DNA from: Catajapyx aquilonaris
Taxonomy: Eukaryota
Direction of reading: 5' to 3'
Assembly (NCBI GenBank): GCA_000934665.2
Contig: KZ539010.1
Location: forward strand, 1-36,977
DNA length: 36,977 nt
The first letter of the stretch is position 1, and each line of letters begins with the position of its first letter. This document shows, piece by piece, positions 11,542 to 23,810 of this stretch. A program made the position numbers and the translations under genes. Below the pieces are notes generated by a model that was given only the letters and a program-made list of their open reading frames with translations, was not told where the DNA came from and did no database searches.

Positions 11542-11890
11542 GGGGAGGCGTGGTGGGCAAAACGGTAACATCTTGACTTGCTGTGCGGAAGGTCCCAAGT
11601 TCAAACCCCGCCTGGGAGTTCCCTTTCGCCTACGTCAGGAGGGTCTCTGACCCGCGCCTTGGAGGCGTCTGGCAACCTAACCTCCTGGGAGACTGCACAT
11701 GGCCCAACGTTGAGACATTGCACCTGCACCTGTCTCCTCCCCAGAAATCCCCATTCCTACTTTATATCCTTTCATCCCTGCATGGTATCTGAAGAAAAAA
11801 ATCATACAAAATTGTATGGAAAATGGTGGTAGTCCATGCCCCAAGAGGGCCTCTGGCCCTATCACAGGGTAACGTAAAACGAAACAAAAC
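11542..11890 (+). mobile_element. tRNA-derived SINE, family A, full length
   Basis: tRNA-like head, A-rich tail, TSD AATCGTAATGTTA / AATCATAATGTTA (11527-11539 and 11891-11903); interrupts the right arm of the fold-back element. Confidence 0.87.
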
Positions 11891-12921
11891 AATCATAATG
11901 TTACAAGTTATGGCTATCAGGAATTGAGGGATTTACACTTATATTTACGAATTATTTTTCAATGTTGGTTTTCGAGTTAGGTCAAATATTTTGCAACCAT
12001 GTAATTCCCCTCTGCATTACCTTCCATTTGATATGTAACATGTTGGTGTTGGGAGAACAGTCTGAACAGTTAAAAATACTTGATATGGACGTCGTTGTTA
12101 CTCTTTACAATGTTATATCTCTATGAGATTTGACTCCAGCTTCCTCAAATTTAGGATTTCGCAATAAGGTGTGGATCCCTACCTACCTGACTTTTTTCAG
12201 TTACATCGGAAGGGGCTCGAGCCACAATCTTTCAGAGAATTTACAGAATTGAGATGGAATGACCCTGCTGCAAAGTTTGCATAGTCCTGCCTGTGAAATA
12301 GGATTTCCTATGTATTTTTGTTCAATATAGCCTAGTGGAACCTGTCTAATGTGTACAAGGATGGCATTTTTTTGGGTCCCTCAGCACCCCAGTGCAACTC
12401 CGTTTTTTTTTCATATAGGTTTCCCCCTCTGATCCCCGTGACCTTAGATAGGCATATCAGTAGTTAGGTGGGGTGCCGCTTAGCTTTAGTTGAGGCGCTT
12501 TTTCTGTTCCTTTACTTTAACCACAAGGTGACACACAGCGAATCTGGTGGCGGAACGCGGTGGACCAAGACTCCCAAACCGCCAATTCAAATCTAGTAGG
12601 CATGGTCCGTTCGTTCCTTATTGCACTGGGCCTGTTCGCAACCACGTTCTCATGATCCGTTCTGAATTAATAGTAATAATTTTCGTCGCAGTGAGGGGTG
12701 TCGCTCCATGTACTGAAGAGCAGAAGCGGCCGGGTGGGACTCTGGAGATCCACGCGATAAGGGGGCTAGTTTCCAGACCTGTATATGTATACAAAAACAC
12801 TTCTCGGCCGTGTCCCTCAGTAAGGAAAACCCCAGGTACATAAGAATTTGTGCATGTCAAAGCTGTTTCGCAAATTTGCCAAACTGAGATCAGGATGAAA
12901 AAAGGGTTCAAATGGCTCGTG

Positions 12922-12985
12922 TAAATAATAATAATAATAATAATTAATAATAATAATAATAAATAATAATAATAATAATAATAAT
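12922..12985 (+). repeat. Imperfect (TAA)n microsatellite
   Basis: Direct reading of the sequence. Confidence 0.9.
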
Positions 12986-14153
12986 AGAACCTTTGAAAAG
13001 CATAAATTTTTGGGCACCAATTTGGAGACTTGTTATAAGCTTAAAATGATTTTAAAAATCGCCAAGTGTCTTATACTAGTGTACAGGGTAGGTCAAGCAG
13101 ATGTCAGCATATTCCTTGGGTCAAAACAAGTCTAAAATGTAGGGGGGAGAAAAGTTGAGGGAGCATTCATTTACAAGGTAGATGACAATTGAGATTTGCT
13201 TGCCTCTGAAACAAATGTGTCCACCCACCCAGCAGCTTTTCTGTGGGGAACGCAACAGACCGCTGTACTCACCGCTGTTCAGTGGTTGCCTAAGTGTCAG
13301 GAAATGATCCCTATATTGAGGGCTGGGAAAAGAGGTGACCTTGCCAGATCCCATTAGTTATCCAGTGCAGACTGAAATGAGCGCAAGGAAAAAAGTTATC
13401 TTTTTGACTGATGGTCTTTTCCCCGCTCATCCGAGATTTGTCAGGGTAGCAGTATGCTGCCCCGACAATAGGACTGGGGAATCTAGTCGTTCGTTTGGTG
13501 TGTCATTCAAAGTGAAATTCGCTACTTTTTGTCTTAAAAATCAGAGGAAAGTCATGACCCCATCGTGACAAATATGCATGGAGTGGGAGCCATTGTCCAA
13601 GCATTCACGCGTTTGGCCACACTGTGCACCGTAAAGGATGGTGTTTGCAAAATAAAAACACCATGGATGTCTGCTAGCTACTGCCCTCTATAAGGGACGA
13701 ACTCGAAACTGCCAAAGAATAAGCAGCTCTGCTGGATCCGGCCCATTGTAATGGCGCGCTCTTTGACGTCTGTTCAATTTTTTTCCCTGGGTGTTCCTCA
13801 AGTCTGAAACTATAGGAATTTCCTATTACATTGTTGTAGTATATGGTTACCATATATGGGTGATTCTCCAAAAACTTACTAATACCATGTCCCGGCACAA
13901 TAACTCAAAAATGGCTCGACTGAGAGAGTAGATTTTTAAACATTTGTAGAAGCAGTTGACACCTAGCCATCCCCATGAAAACAAAGAAAAATATTAAATT
14001 AAGTTTTACTGCAAAAAATGTCAAAGGGCCTAAAATCACTATTCTTGGCATGTCCCGATCTCATTTTAAAGCATGCTATATTTTCTTACAATATTTTATC
14101 ATTCACATTAGACAAGTTTCAATACTATAATTAAATTGTACATAGTTATACAT

Positions 14154-14389
14154 AAGCCACAACACCTAGCAGCCGGTTGCGGGTCCCCAGTCACCGCGAC
14201 TGTAGCGCGCTCTAGGGTGGCGTGAGCAAGTAGAATATGACTTCACATGCTTCGAAATTGATTTTGTGTAGCAATTTATGAATCAAGTTTAATCAATCAC
14301 ATATCACTGATATCAGTCGTGAAGACCCGCGACCTTCCAGCCGGGATGGGCGACCTGCCACCAGCGACCGGATGCAGGTGTTGTGGCTT
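14154..14389. repeat. Small inverted-repeat element
   Basis: AAGCCACAACACCTAGCAGCCGGTTGC versus GCGACCGGATGCAGGTGTTGTGGCTT. Confidence 0.6.
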
Positions 14390-15734
14390 CGGAATTTCGG
14401 TCTTTTGGCTTGTATTCTGACCCTCCTAACGTGAAAATTAGCAGCAGGGGTGATGTTTGCACAATACTATAGGTCAAGCAGAATTAGAAAATTCAAAAAT
14501 GTTCAAAAGTTAGGATGGTTAAGAAGAGTTAGTTTTGGTTGTGAGTCAACAGGTGAAGAGGGATTGGTGAAGAGGTGTTTGCAAGAGGTGGGGGGGGGGG
14601 GGGGNGGCCAATAGGAGGTGGTGGTGGCAACATTAAGCGGCGGACCAATCAGAGGGCATAACCGTAATCCGAAGGATTTTAATATTATAGATAGGATTCC
14701 ATTAGGCATAGCAGGCAATGGAAGTGTCGCAGGCTGTACCTATGACATAGATGATGATATGACTTACATTTTATTTAATGCTAATTTTCTTGGTAAATAT
14801 ATACAGTATGCTGCGGAGACACATGTTGCTTGTACTTAAAATGATTGCCTAGAACCCTTGTACCATCTGCCAAAGCGACAGTACTTTAAATTTCCACACC
14901 CTGTATATAACCAAACACACCAAAAATCAAGTGAAAAAAGCACTGAAAACACATGAGCATAACCCAAGATATCCTTTCACAGCAACAGCAGGAGGCGACT
15001 AAGTAGAACAAGATGAAGTTTACGCAGCGAGCACATTTTTTCACTGAGCATGCAGTTTGAACTTAGAAGCATCGTTTGAACTTGGGATCAAGTTTCGCTC
15101 AAATTTACGGTTCGAACTCAAGAATGTTCAAAGTTAGGGTCATTCAAAGTATGATGTTCCACTGTATGCACTAATGATTTTGGCAGTGCTATTGTGGGTG
15201 TAGGTGGTATAGGACTGACATAGGAGAAAGAGATGTAATTCTGATCTGTTGTTGTTTTTATGCTACTTTTCTAAATTTCAATTTCATTGCTGACTATAGC
15301 TAGATGTGTGTATGAACACAACCTAGTGTGCAACCAAATTCATGCCAGGCTACAAGTATGGACATATTATTTGATTTTGCACTTTGGAACACATGTTGCG
15401 TAGCGGTCATAATTCCAATGCCAGGCAGACTTATCGCCAAAAGTTGTTGAGTCGGAATTATGATCACTAGACAAAATGCTCTTACAAATAAGAGGTAAAT
15501 AAATTACAAGCCATCCCTGACATGTAGATTTGGATGTACACTGTATTCTTGATTATCTATGCTAAAGAATGCGTGGGTGTTTGGTTAACATGGATAATCA
15601 GAAAATGGTCCTAGACACCGTAAAATTGAGCTGTTCACGGATTTTAAATGAACTACTGTACAAAGTGTTTTCTGCTTTAAAGAAGGTTTAATTAAAATAA
15701 TAAAAGTTACCATGGGTTTTAAATTTGTCTTTTG

Positions 15735-15947
15735 CCATGGTTTTCTGTGGTTTCCCACGGTCCTTCCAGGAAAACTCCTGAGTTGCTTCCGTAATTAATA
15801 GGCCACAGCCGCTTCCTTCCGTCCCTATCCTATCCCAAAGAGCACAGTAAAATGAAAAGCAAAGAGTTCCTGGCAAAACAAACTTCCCCCCTAAAGAGCC
15901 GATGGCTGATAACGGGGTATGAATTATTATTATTATTATTATTATTA
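15735..15947 (+). mobile_element. 5'-truncated family B SINE (no tRNA head)
   Basis: Core, tail and (ATT)n present; perfect TSD TTAAATTTGTCTTTTG (15719-15734 and 15948-15963), a signature of target-primed reverse transcription. Confidence 0.88.
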
Positions 15948-15975
15948 TTAAATTTGTCTTTTGGGAAAAGTCTTA

Positions 15976-16117
15976 AGGCCATTTCACAAAAAAATGTCGC
16001 GCGGCAAACGGCGCGACTAGCTGCAAATTTTTTATTTATATTTATTGTTGCCAACAATTGGCAACAGTAAATATAAATAAAAAATTTGCCGCGCGACATT
16101 TTTTTGTGAAATGGCCT
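15976..16117. mobile_element. PIF/Harbinger (Tourist-like) hairpin MITE
   Basis: TTA|AGGCCATTTCACAAAAAAATGTCGCGCGGCAAA...TTTGCCGCGCGACATTTTTTTGTGAAATGGCCT|TTA. Confidence 0.85.
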
Positions 16118-16122
16118 TTATA

Positions 16123-16465
16123 CATGTTGGAAGAAATTTAGCTTACAGTCGCTTTAGTGGATGATAGAGGGGTTCCGATAGATCATTTTCCGTACTCGCG
16201 TCATGGGTCGTCGCTGCATCATTACCGAGATAGTGTGGTCAAACACAAGGTATAAAATATCCTGGCAGGTGTAGCAGGGAATGGCCTAGGCGATGGAAGT
16301 GTCGTAAGCAGTATCCGAAACCTACAAGCTGTTATAATGCACAGTTAATGCTAATAATCTTGGTAACTATGCAGCTGAGACCCATGATGCAGCTACTTCA
16401 AATGATCACGTAGAACCCCTCTTACCATTTCCCAAAGTGACTGTACTATAAATTTCCTTACCCTG
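16123..16465. mobile_element. Old Tc1-like MITE with a related diverged copy at ~14700-14903
   Basis: TA-flanked; ends ...AAATTTCCTTACCCTG|TA. Shared blocks with the 14.7-14.9 kb segment include ATGGAAGTGTCG, TTAATGCTAAT, TAGAACCC and CCAAAG. Confidence 0.55.
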
Positions 16466-16785
16466 TATTTCTTTGAGAGACATATTGAGTATTTTGGACT
16501 TTTATTTCCAACTTTTGTGTTTTGGTGATGCACGGATAACCCACATTCAGATAATGGGAGTACAGTGTACATAAAAAAAATATGATGTTCACAAAAATGA
16601 ATGGAACAAACTGGTAACACAAAATGCTGCCAACTGCAAGGTAATCCATAGAACCTCAAAGCTGCCCACCTAGCCATATTCCCTCACTTAGTTTACACGT
16701 TCTCCCTCATGGGGAATCCCTGCCTGCTGACAATGTATTAAATTGAGCATGATGGTGACTCCAGTGTATGTAGATGTATAGGGTA

Positions 16786-18965
16786 CACTAACTGACAAAA
16801 TTGCATTCCCTAAGGGCCGATTTCTCGAGCAGTGGTTCAAGTCAGTTTGAACTGAGTTTGCGTCTACACGCTGGATGCAGTTTAAACTCCCCTTCCGAGT
16901 GTGAGCATTTCTCGAGCTTAAACAAACCCTCGGTTACTATGTGAACGACAAGCCTCGGTTAGAATTGCGCCGTTGCCACATGTCGTGTCGTCCCCATTTC
17001 CCCGAACCGGTATGAGCTTCAGCGCGAGTCTCTACCGGCTTGTAAACAAATTCTAGTCAGCAAGTCTAGAAGGCGGAGTGAGGGACATCGCATTTGAAAG
17101 TGACATTTTTTGACTAGTTGCCGACGTTACACCGCAAAATGCTTATTTTATGACACTTCTCGGAGGCCAAAAAATTCACGCTGTGGACCCTGGATAGTGC
17201 AAATCTTTGTCTTTCTAATGATATATTTGAAACTCGGAAATCGCCATTTGTGTAATCATAATTACGTTAATTGCACACCTCTGTTATCTCGGCCGTTTAT
17301 AATCCGAATTACTTCGCGAATGTACCGACCGAAAGCCAGAAATGTGCGTGATAAAATTACATAGTGCTACACTAAAAATTCTAAATGTATTCCCGCCAGA
17401 AATCGGGCTGAGTACTTGTCTATTAAACTTACTAAAACGATACTTTTAAAAATTTTAGTGCAATAGAGCACAATGTAATTTTATCGCGCACATTTCTGGC
17501 TTGCCGTCGATACATTCGCGAAGTAATTCGGATGAGAAACGGCCGAAATAACTGAGGTGTGCAATTAACTTAATTATGATTACACATAGTTGCGATTTCT
17601 AAGTTTCAAATATACCATTAGAAAGACAAATATTTGCACTATCTATATGGTTCACAGGGGGAATTTTTTGGCGTCCGAAAAGTGCCATAAAAACTCATTT
17701 TGCGGAGTAACGTCGGCAACTAGTCAAAAAATGACACCTTTCATTGTTGTTCCCGGCATTCCAAACCCAGTTTATTTCAGATAACGGCCGGCAATCGGGC
17801 CGTCAGATGTGAACCGAGTTTAAACCGTATCCATGGTTTACTTTTGCCTCGAGAAATGGAAATTTCTCTGAACTGGGTTCAAACCGGACTTGAACCTTGT
17901 TTACATTTGAACCACTGTTCGAGAAATCGGCCCCTAAATGTTTATATTTTGGCTCCGGCGGCGTTGGTGTTACCTGGCAACTGCGCCGCCGGCAGGAGTA
18001 GCAGGGCGAATTCAAACAGCCAGCCATGATTGCCACTTACAGTGTTCTTGGAGTGTTGCCACTACAGGGAGGGAGTGACACAGATGACCCAGCAACTGGT
18101 CTGCCTGCTTACTTCCTCAGTGATACGCAGGAAAAAACAGGAAAATGATGATGATGGGAAAATGTTCCCTGCTGGACTCAAAGAAAGGTGTCCACACCAC
18201 ATGAAATATATCCCATCCCTGAGGAGGGGGAGGGGGTGTCAATTAAAATAAGTTGTGTGCTAGTTGAAAGTGCTTCACCTGACGGATTCTTTCAGTTTAA
18301 TTGTCTTTTCCATGTAATTCGATGCTGTTAAGACGAATGGTGACCATGCCCCGTACATTCACATAATTTGGCCCATCTGATGTCATTTCACAATGGTCAC
18401 CCCATACATGTGCCGTGTTAGTCCTGTTCCTCGTCCTGCCACGAATATGACACGTATTTGGGGCGACCATTTAGAAATGCGACGTCAGAGGGGCCAAATT
18501 ATGTGAATGACATATGGGGCATTCTTCTTAGCGGTGTAGAATTATGCGGAAAAGACTGTTAAACCGAAAGAATCCGTCAGTTGACACACTTTCAACTAGC
18601 TCACTGCTGATTTTAATTAAGAGGTCTCCACCCACCTACTATGAGGGATGTAATTTCGTGTGCTGTGGATGAAAACCTCTCTTTGAGTCAAGCAGGGAAC
18701 ATCTCAAAGTGGTTTGCTCCTAACATCATTAGGCTATTTTCCATTTTTTTTCTGCATATAAGCTGAGTATTATATAAGCAGCCAGACCCGTCGCTGGATC
18801 ACTCGCTCCCTGTAAACACTGGCAACAATCCAAAGAACACTGTAAGTGCTCTCCATGTGATGATGTTTGAATTCTCCCTCTTCCTCCCGCGGGCCGGGGT
18901 TGCCAGGTAACGCCGGCCGTCGTTGCCGAAAAAAACAACAGGGAATGCAATTTTGTCAGGTAATG
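16786..18965. mobile_element. Tc1-like fold-back element (~1 kb diverged palindrome) interrupted near its left end
   Basis: TA|CACTAACTGACAAAATTGCATTCCC...GGGAATGCAATTTTGTCAGGTAATG|TA; 17940-18420 mirrors 18440-18940. Confidence 0.75.
16814..17934 (+). mobile_element. PIF/Harbinger-like non-autonomous element with an internal ~650-bp palindrome (copy 1)
   Basis: TIR GGGCCGATTTCTCGARCAGTGGTTCAA, flanked by TAA on both sides; internal arms ~17094-17390 and ~17440-17743. Confidence 0.8.
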
Positions 18966-19294
18966 TACAAGGCTGTAAACTCCGTGATTTTTAAGAAATG
19001 TTCTGATTTACACAAAATTTGCCTCAGTTTTAATGTTATGGAATGATCCACATAAGTAAGTCAGGTCTGCATATTTTCATACCCATAGCCTGTCCCCAAA
19101 GTTGATTTCACACTTTATTATCTTCATACAAGAATCGACCTATACATCCTATAGAGAAATGTGCAGTTGCTAGTTGCATTAATATAAGTTTCATAGTTAT
19201 GACTTCTTAGGAAGAAAAAGAGAATACTTGCTCAGGATCACGAGAAAAAATAACTTGAGAGGCTTGAGAAATTAATGACTCTTTCTTTCATTAG

Positions 19295-19772
19295 ATGGCA
19301 TGAGGCAGCACATGGAAACAAACTACCGTGATGTGCGTGGACAGATGCTGCGTAAGTTCTGGTTGGATGTGATATCGGACAGAGATGCCAGGAGACTAGT
19401 GGGAATGGATGGTGGAACTGCCTCCCTGGCCTGGGGACGACCCAGGGGAGGACTAGTGATGGGTCCCCAGATCAGGGTGTTGGGAGGGAATGGTTGGACA
19501 GGACAGAGGGACAAGTGCAGTGATGAGGAATGTGCAAACAAATTTATAGTGAACTGTTGGGACTTGCAGCAGTTAGTGAACAGAGAGGGTGAAGGAGAGG
19601 AGGACAAGCATGTGGAAAATGAGCTTGGTGTGGGCTTGTTTGCACCAGTGAGGGAGGGAGGTGTCAGAGACTACGCAGGGCAAAGGGTCTTGCAAGTAGC
19701 CAATATTGTGAGGAACTTGAGCTTTGAAGAGGACAATGTATTAGTTTTGGCACATAACCCTGCTCTTGTCCG
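19295..19772 (+). CDS. ARID2: ARID2 internal coding exon B
   Basis: Acceptor ctttctttcattAG ends at 19294; split codon T|AT=Tyr joins exon A in frame. Motifs KFWLDVI and GQRVLQVANIVRNLSFEEDNVLVLA are ARID2-typical. Donor GTgagt at 19773 (phase 2). Confidence 0.93.
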
Positions 19773-20486
19773 GTGAGTCTTATGTTACTGTTGTAGAGTA
19801 GGCCTTAGTGATGCTATGGCATACCAAAACAAAGACAGCAATGTTGAGTATTGTGACCAAGGTGTACTAATACAACAGAGAATCTTTTTATTGCTGTTGT
19901 CAACGATAAGTACCGTATCACCTCACTTAAAGCAGCATGTTGGTCTAACCCGGGGGTGGCCGGCATGTGCTGCAGTAACCAAGGTACATTTCCATAATTT
20001 TGGTTGCAAAACATGCCTATTACACTAGGGAACAAAATTGAACTTCTTTCTGGCACATTTACATGAATGGACGATTCCACTAGTCAACAAGGTTTTTGGC
20101 TTATGGACAAGTTTAGCTGTTTCTAATGCATTCACACGCGCTGATTCCAAATATGAAGTCATAAAGTGCCCATCACCCTCAATTTTTTGGTAACAGCCAT
20201 AGGCCTACCTTATTTTTTGGAAAGTACATTGCTCAATGGGGCTAATTTATGTTCAACAATTGTTTCGTTAAATGCACCATTTTCACTTTTTACTATGTGA
20301 AGACCTCGGGGGAGGAAAGATCAAGGTCCACATTTTGTCAAAAATGAGTTACATATCTCAGAAGATACTCTCCCTAGTGTGGAATATGATGGTTTGGTTG
20401 TGGTTGTGGAGTAATGATCATAGGTCACTATGGAAGACCCCAAAAGTGGGATTTACAATGGAACCTTATGGGCTTTCGAAATTTAA

Positions 20487-21188
20487 CCCTAATAAGACGG
20501 GCGTATAATATGCTGTTACGATGGCTTTAAAAAAGTCTACTAGCGAAACTGTAGCGTTTTCCCACTATGTAACGTGGTTTCTGTGAGGCTTTTAAATTTT
20601 TCTTGCATAAAAAATCGCGAGTTTTGGACTAGAAAATCGTGCATAAATAAACCGATTAACCAGGTTAACTTGAATGAAATCATCTTTTTGTGGCCGCTGA
20701 AAAAAAAACTTCTAACAAGAAAAAAAATCTAACCTTGACCGACAAATATTTGGCATAGAGAGAGTTGCCCCCAAACCTCCTCAAGAGATTCCACCCTAAA
20801 ATTAGTGCAAAAGATAATTCAATAGTTTTAAAATAAATAATAATGTTTGTAAATGCCAATTAGCGTCTGGCGGCCCTCTGCGCAACTCCCGGCCGGCCAA
20901 GGCTGGTGCCAAGGCTACATACCGATATACTTTTTGTCAAGCAGGGAGAGTGACAAACAATTGGAATTGGCACGAAACAAACCCCTTGCGCCAACTTGTT
21001 GCGCTTTTAAGTATTTACAAATCCGTATGGTATGAGAGGAGGGTCACATAGTTGGCCTCAGGATCAAGCCTGGACACTAGACGATCTTATTCACTAGTGT
21101 ATTCAAGTCTCGTTCCCCAAATGACAAAGCAAGCGAATTTTTTTGCAGATCCTTGCAAAAACGCGAAAAACCACCAGTCTTACTAAGG
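20487..21188. mobile_element. piggyBac-like MITE
   Basis: TTAA|CCCTAATAAGACGG...CCAGTCTTACTAAGG|TTAA. Confidence 0.7.
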
Positions 21189-21402
21189 TTAAAATAGAAT
21201 TATCTCAGTTTCACCTCAGGTGGACTTTGATCGTTTTTTCTCCCAAGGTCTTCATGTATTAGTATGCTCTGATTCCGAATATGAAGTCAAATTTCAATAT
21301 AGGCATCCATTTTCTTGTAACAGGTCTTACTCTACCAAGAATAGGCCTTCTTTGCATAGCTCATTATCATTAATTTATTGGGCAACATTGGGTTTTGTTT
21401 AA

Positions 21403-21692
21403 CCCCTTCGCTACTAGATAGGCCCAAACCACACAGATTTTGGCTTACGCTTACTCTGATGATACACACAAGATATTTTACAATTAATAACAGCTCTACT
21501 TACCCGTTCAGGGAAAACGTTATGAATGTGTTGAAAACAATTTCCCTCCCATAGAAGTCCCTAAATTAATTTCCAAAAATACCGCTGTAAAAACTCGAAA
21601 TTAGAGCAGAAAGTAGGCTGATTTAGTTATGAAATACGTGAAAATATACGGAATAACGATTTTGAGAAGGGTGACAAATGAATTTACTGAAA
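21403..21692. mobile_element. Truncated piggyBac-like MITE (same termini as 5249, internal sequence shared with 28933)
   Basis: TTAA|CCCCTTCGCTACTAGATAGGCCC; 21460-21692 aligns to ~29030-29278. Confidence 0.7.
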
Positions 21693-21853
21693 TGCCAACC
21701 TGCTTCGGTCCATCTGTGATACCGGGAAAAGTCCAAAAATCCTGAATATTTGGCAACAAAGCGAGTTATGAACCAATTTCTGTATTTGGAGCACTTCCAT
21801 GTCCCCACTGCAGTGCTACCCTGCTGTGTACATGTTGCTGGGGGAGGTTTCTA

Positions 21854-22429
21854 CAGGGTGTCACACAAGTCTGGAACCATCACAGGTCATTGTTGTATTG
21901 TAGAATTGTATTGTTGGTTTCTAACAAGTTGTGCCAACTTGCACTTTGTTGACAGCACGGTCTTAGAAGGAGAGGTCGGGAAACTCGCCGCCATTTTGCG
22001 TTCCGTTACTCATTCCCGCCGTGGCGCTGACTGGAGGTGGCCATGATGTGACCTGGATCGTGAACATCTCCATATTGCGGCCATCTTGGTATACGCTATC
22101 GGTAGCTAAGACCGTGATCGGTAGTAATCGGGAGGGGGGTCGCTGATAAACCTAGTAATCGGGAGGAGGGTCGCTATCGTCGCTATAGTTGTTATGGCGA
22201 ATGAACGACACGCACAGCGAGATTCCATTGTTTTACTAGCGCCGCTGCGGGAAGGAATAACGGATCGGCCTTTTCTATTGCGCTGGGATAGAAGTGTCCA
22301 TGGGCTGGTTGACAGTCAGAAAAGGTTGAGCACAGTTGGCAAATTTGGAGTTGGCAAAACTTGAAACCAACAATACAATTCTACAGTCCAACAATTACCT
22401 ACGGTTCCAGACTTGCGTGGGACACCCTG
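21854..22429. mobile_element. Tc1/mariner-like MITE with ~80-bp TIRs
   Basis: TA|CAGGGTGTCACACAAGTCTGGAACC...GGTTCCAGACTTGCGTGGGACACCCTG; the right flank is AA rather than TA; a related end lies at ~6265-6288. Confidence 0.72.
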
Positions 22430-22727
22430 AATGTGGAATAAATTCAACAAATACTGCTATCTGACCATGGCCTTGAAGATATTGGTGAGGAAACGGAACT
22501 ATTTCCGGCTGGAAAACGAAGAGACGGCTTGCAGGGGGGTCAAGAAGATTGTGACTCATGATTTGCATAGGTGCCCTGCCTTCAAGTTTAGCTCACTGTT
22601 CAGTCCAGTTTTAAAATGTCATGGAAGAGGAAGGGGTTGATCCAGGCTCAACGTGCCTGTGTCATGGCCGATGGTCCAGTAGAGCAGGCAAAGTAATAGC
22701 CCAAAACTGGTGTGGCAAAGTTTAGTG

Positions 22728-23608
22728 CAGTGGTTCCCAACCCGTGGGACGTGCCCCCTTGGGCCTTGGGCGTCGTGCGGTGGCCGTGGTAATTTTTACT
22801 TGTAAGAAATTTTATAGGAAAGGATGAGGCACAAAATATATGGGCGAGTGGCCTTCCGTTCGATTTGCCTGAAAATTGGATATGTTGTGGCCCAGACCAT
22901 CCTGATCAATGTTGGATAGGGACATTTCGAGGTAGGACCTACAGGGAGCATGCTAATTGCTATTCATCGAAGAGGCTAGAAGACTGCTGTGAGAGAAACC
23001 TCGCTTCCTTACATTGACCCAATGAATGTTGAAGTGCAGCTGGAGGAAACTCCAGATGACAACCTTCAAGGAGTAGAATTTGAACCAGATTAATAGGTAA
23101 TAAAGATTAATAGATAATTTAATGCAATAACCATTGAGTTCCTGAGACTTATTGTAGTCTACTACTCCCCCTATTACCTGCGGAGGTCATTACCATGCTC
23201 CCTGTAGGCCCTACCTCGAAATGTCCCTATCCAACATTGATCAGGATGGTCTGGGCTGCAACATATCCAATTTTCAGCCAAATCGAACGGAAAACCAGAG
23301 CATATCTCATATGACCTTCGGAGGTCATTAGCACGCTCCCTGTAGGTCCTACCTCGAAATGTCCCTATCCAACATTGATCAGGATGGTCTGGGCCACAAC
23401 ATATCCAATTTTCAGGCAAATTGAACGGAAGGCCACTCGCCCATATATTTTGTGCCTCCTCCTTTCACTACGAAGCTTTTTAAATGTTCTAATATGTCTA
23501 CAATACATTAATCTTCTACTAATATTCCGGGTTAGGGGGTGTTGGGGTCACAGGTTACTTGACTATCATAAAAAGGGGTCGCAACCCAAAAAAGATTGGG
23601 AACCACTG
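22728..23608. mobile_element. hAT (Charlie/Buster-type) MITE with an internal ~135-bp unit in inverted and tandem copies
   Basis: TIR CAGTGGTTCCCAA; TSD GTTTAGTG / GTTTAGTA. The unit at 22826-22958 is inverted at 23327-23458, with an extra tandem copy at ~23180-23292. Confidence 0.82.
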
Positions 23609-23810
23609 GTTTAGTACTTGAAATGTGTGGCTCGAAATTTCTGCAACAGGCACATAATTTCATGGAAAACAGTGTGTGGTGATGCAAGTGTCGTGAATCT
23701 CGAAGGAGAATATTGGAAGAAGGTGGAAAGTGTTTGTTCGGGGTATTCCAAAGAGAACATTTTCAACTGCAAATGAAACTGCCCCCCTTATTTTCAATAA
23801 GTGCTGTATG

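Larger units (their letters stand above)
8291..12265. mobile_element. Sola2-like fold-back element with ~900-bp inverted arms, carrying five nested insertions
   Basis: GGGTCATTCCAT...ATGGAATGACCC with TSD TGCT (8287-8290 and 12266-12269). Left arm 8291-8606 + 9370-9780 + 9922-10108 is the reverse complement of right arm 10989-11541 + 11906-12265. Confidence 0.82.

Noticed and set aside
23174..23419. ORF with an internally repeated Cys/Trp peptide (ENWICC.PDHPDQCWIGTFRGR x2)
   Set aside because: By-product of a ~138-bp tandem duplication within a MITE.
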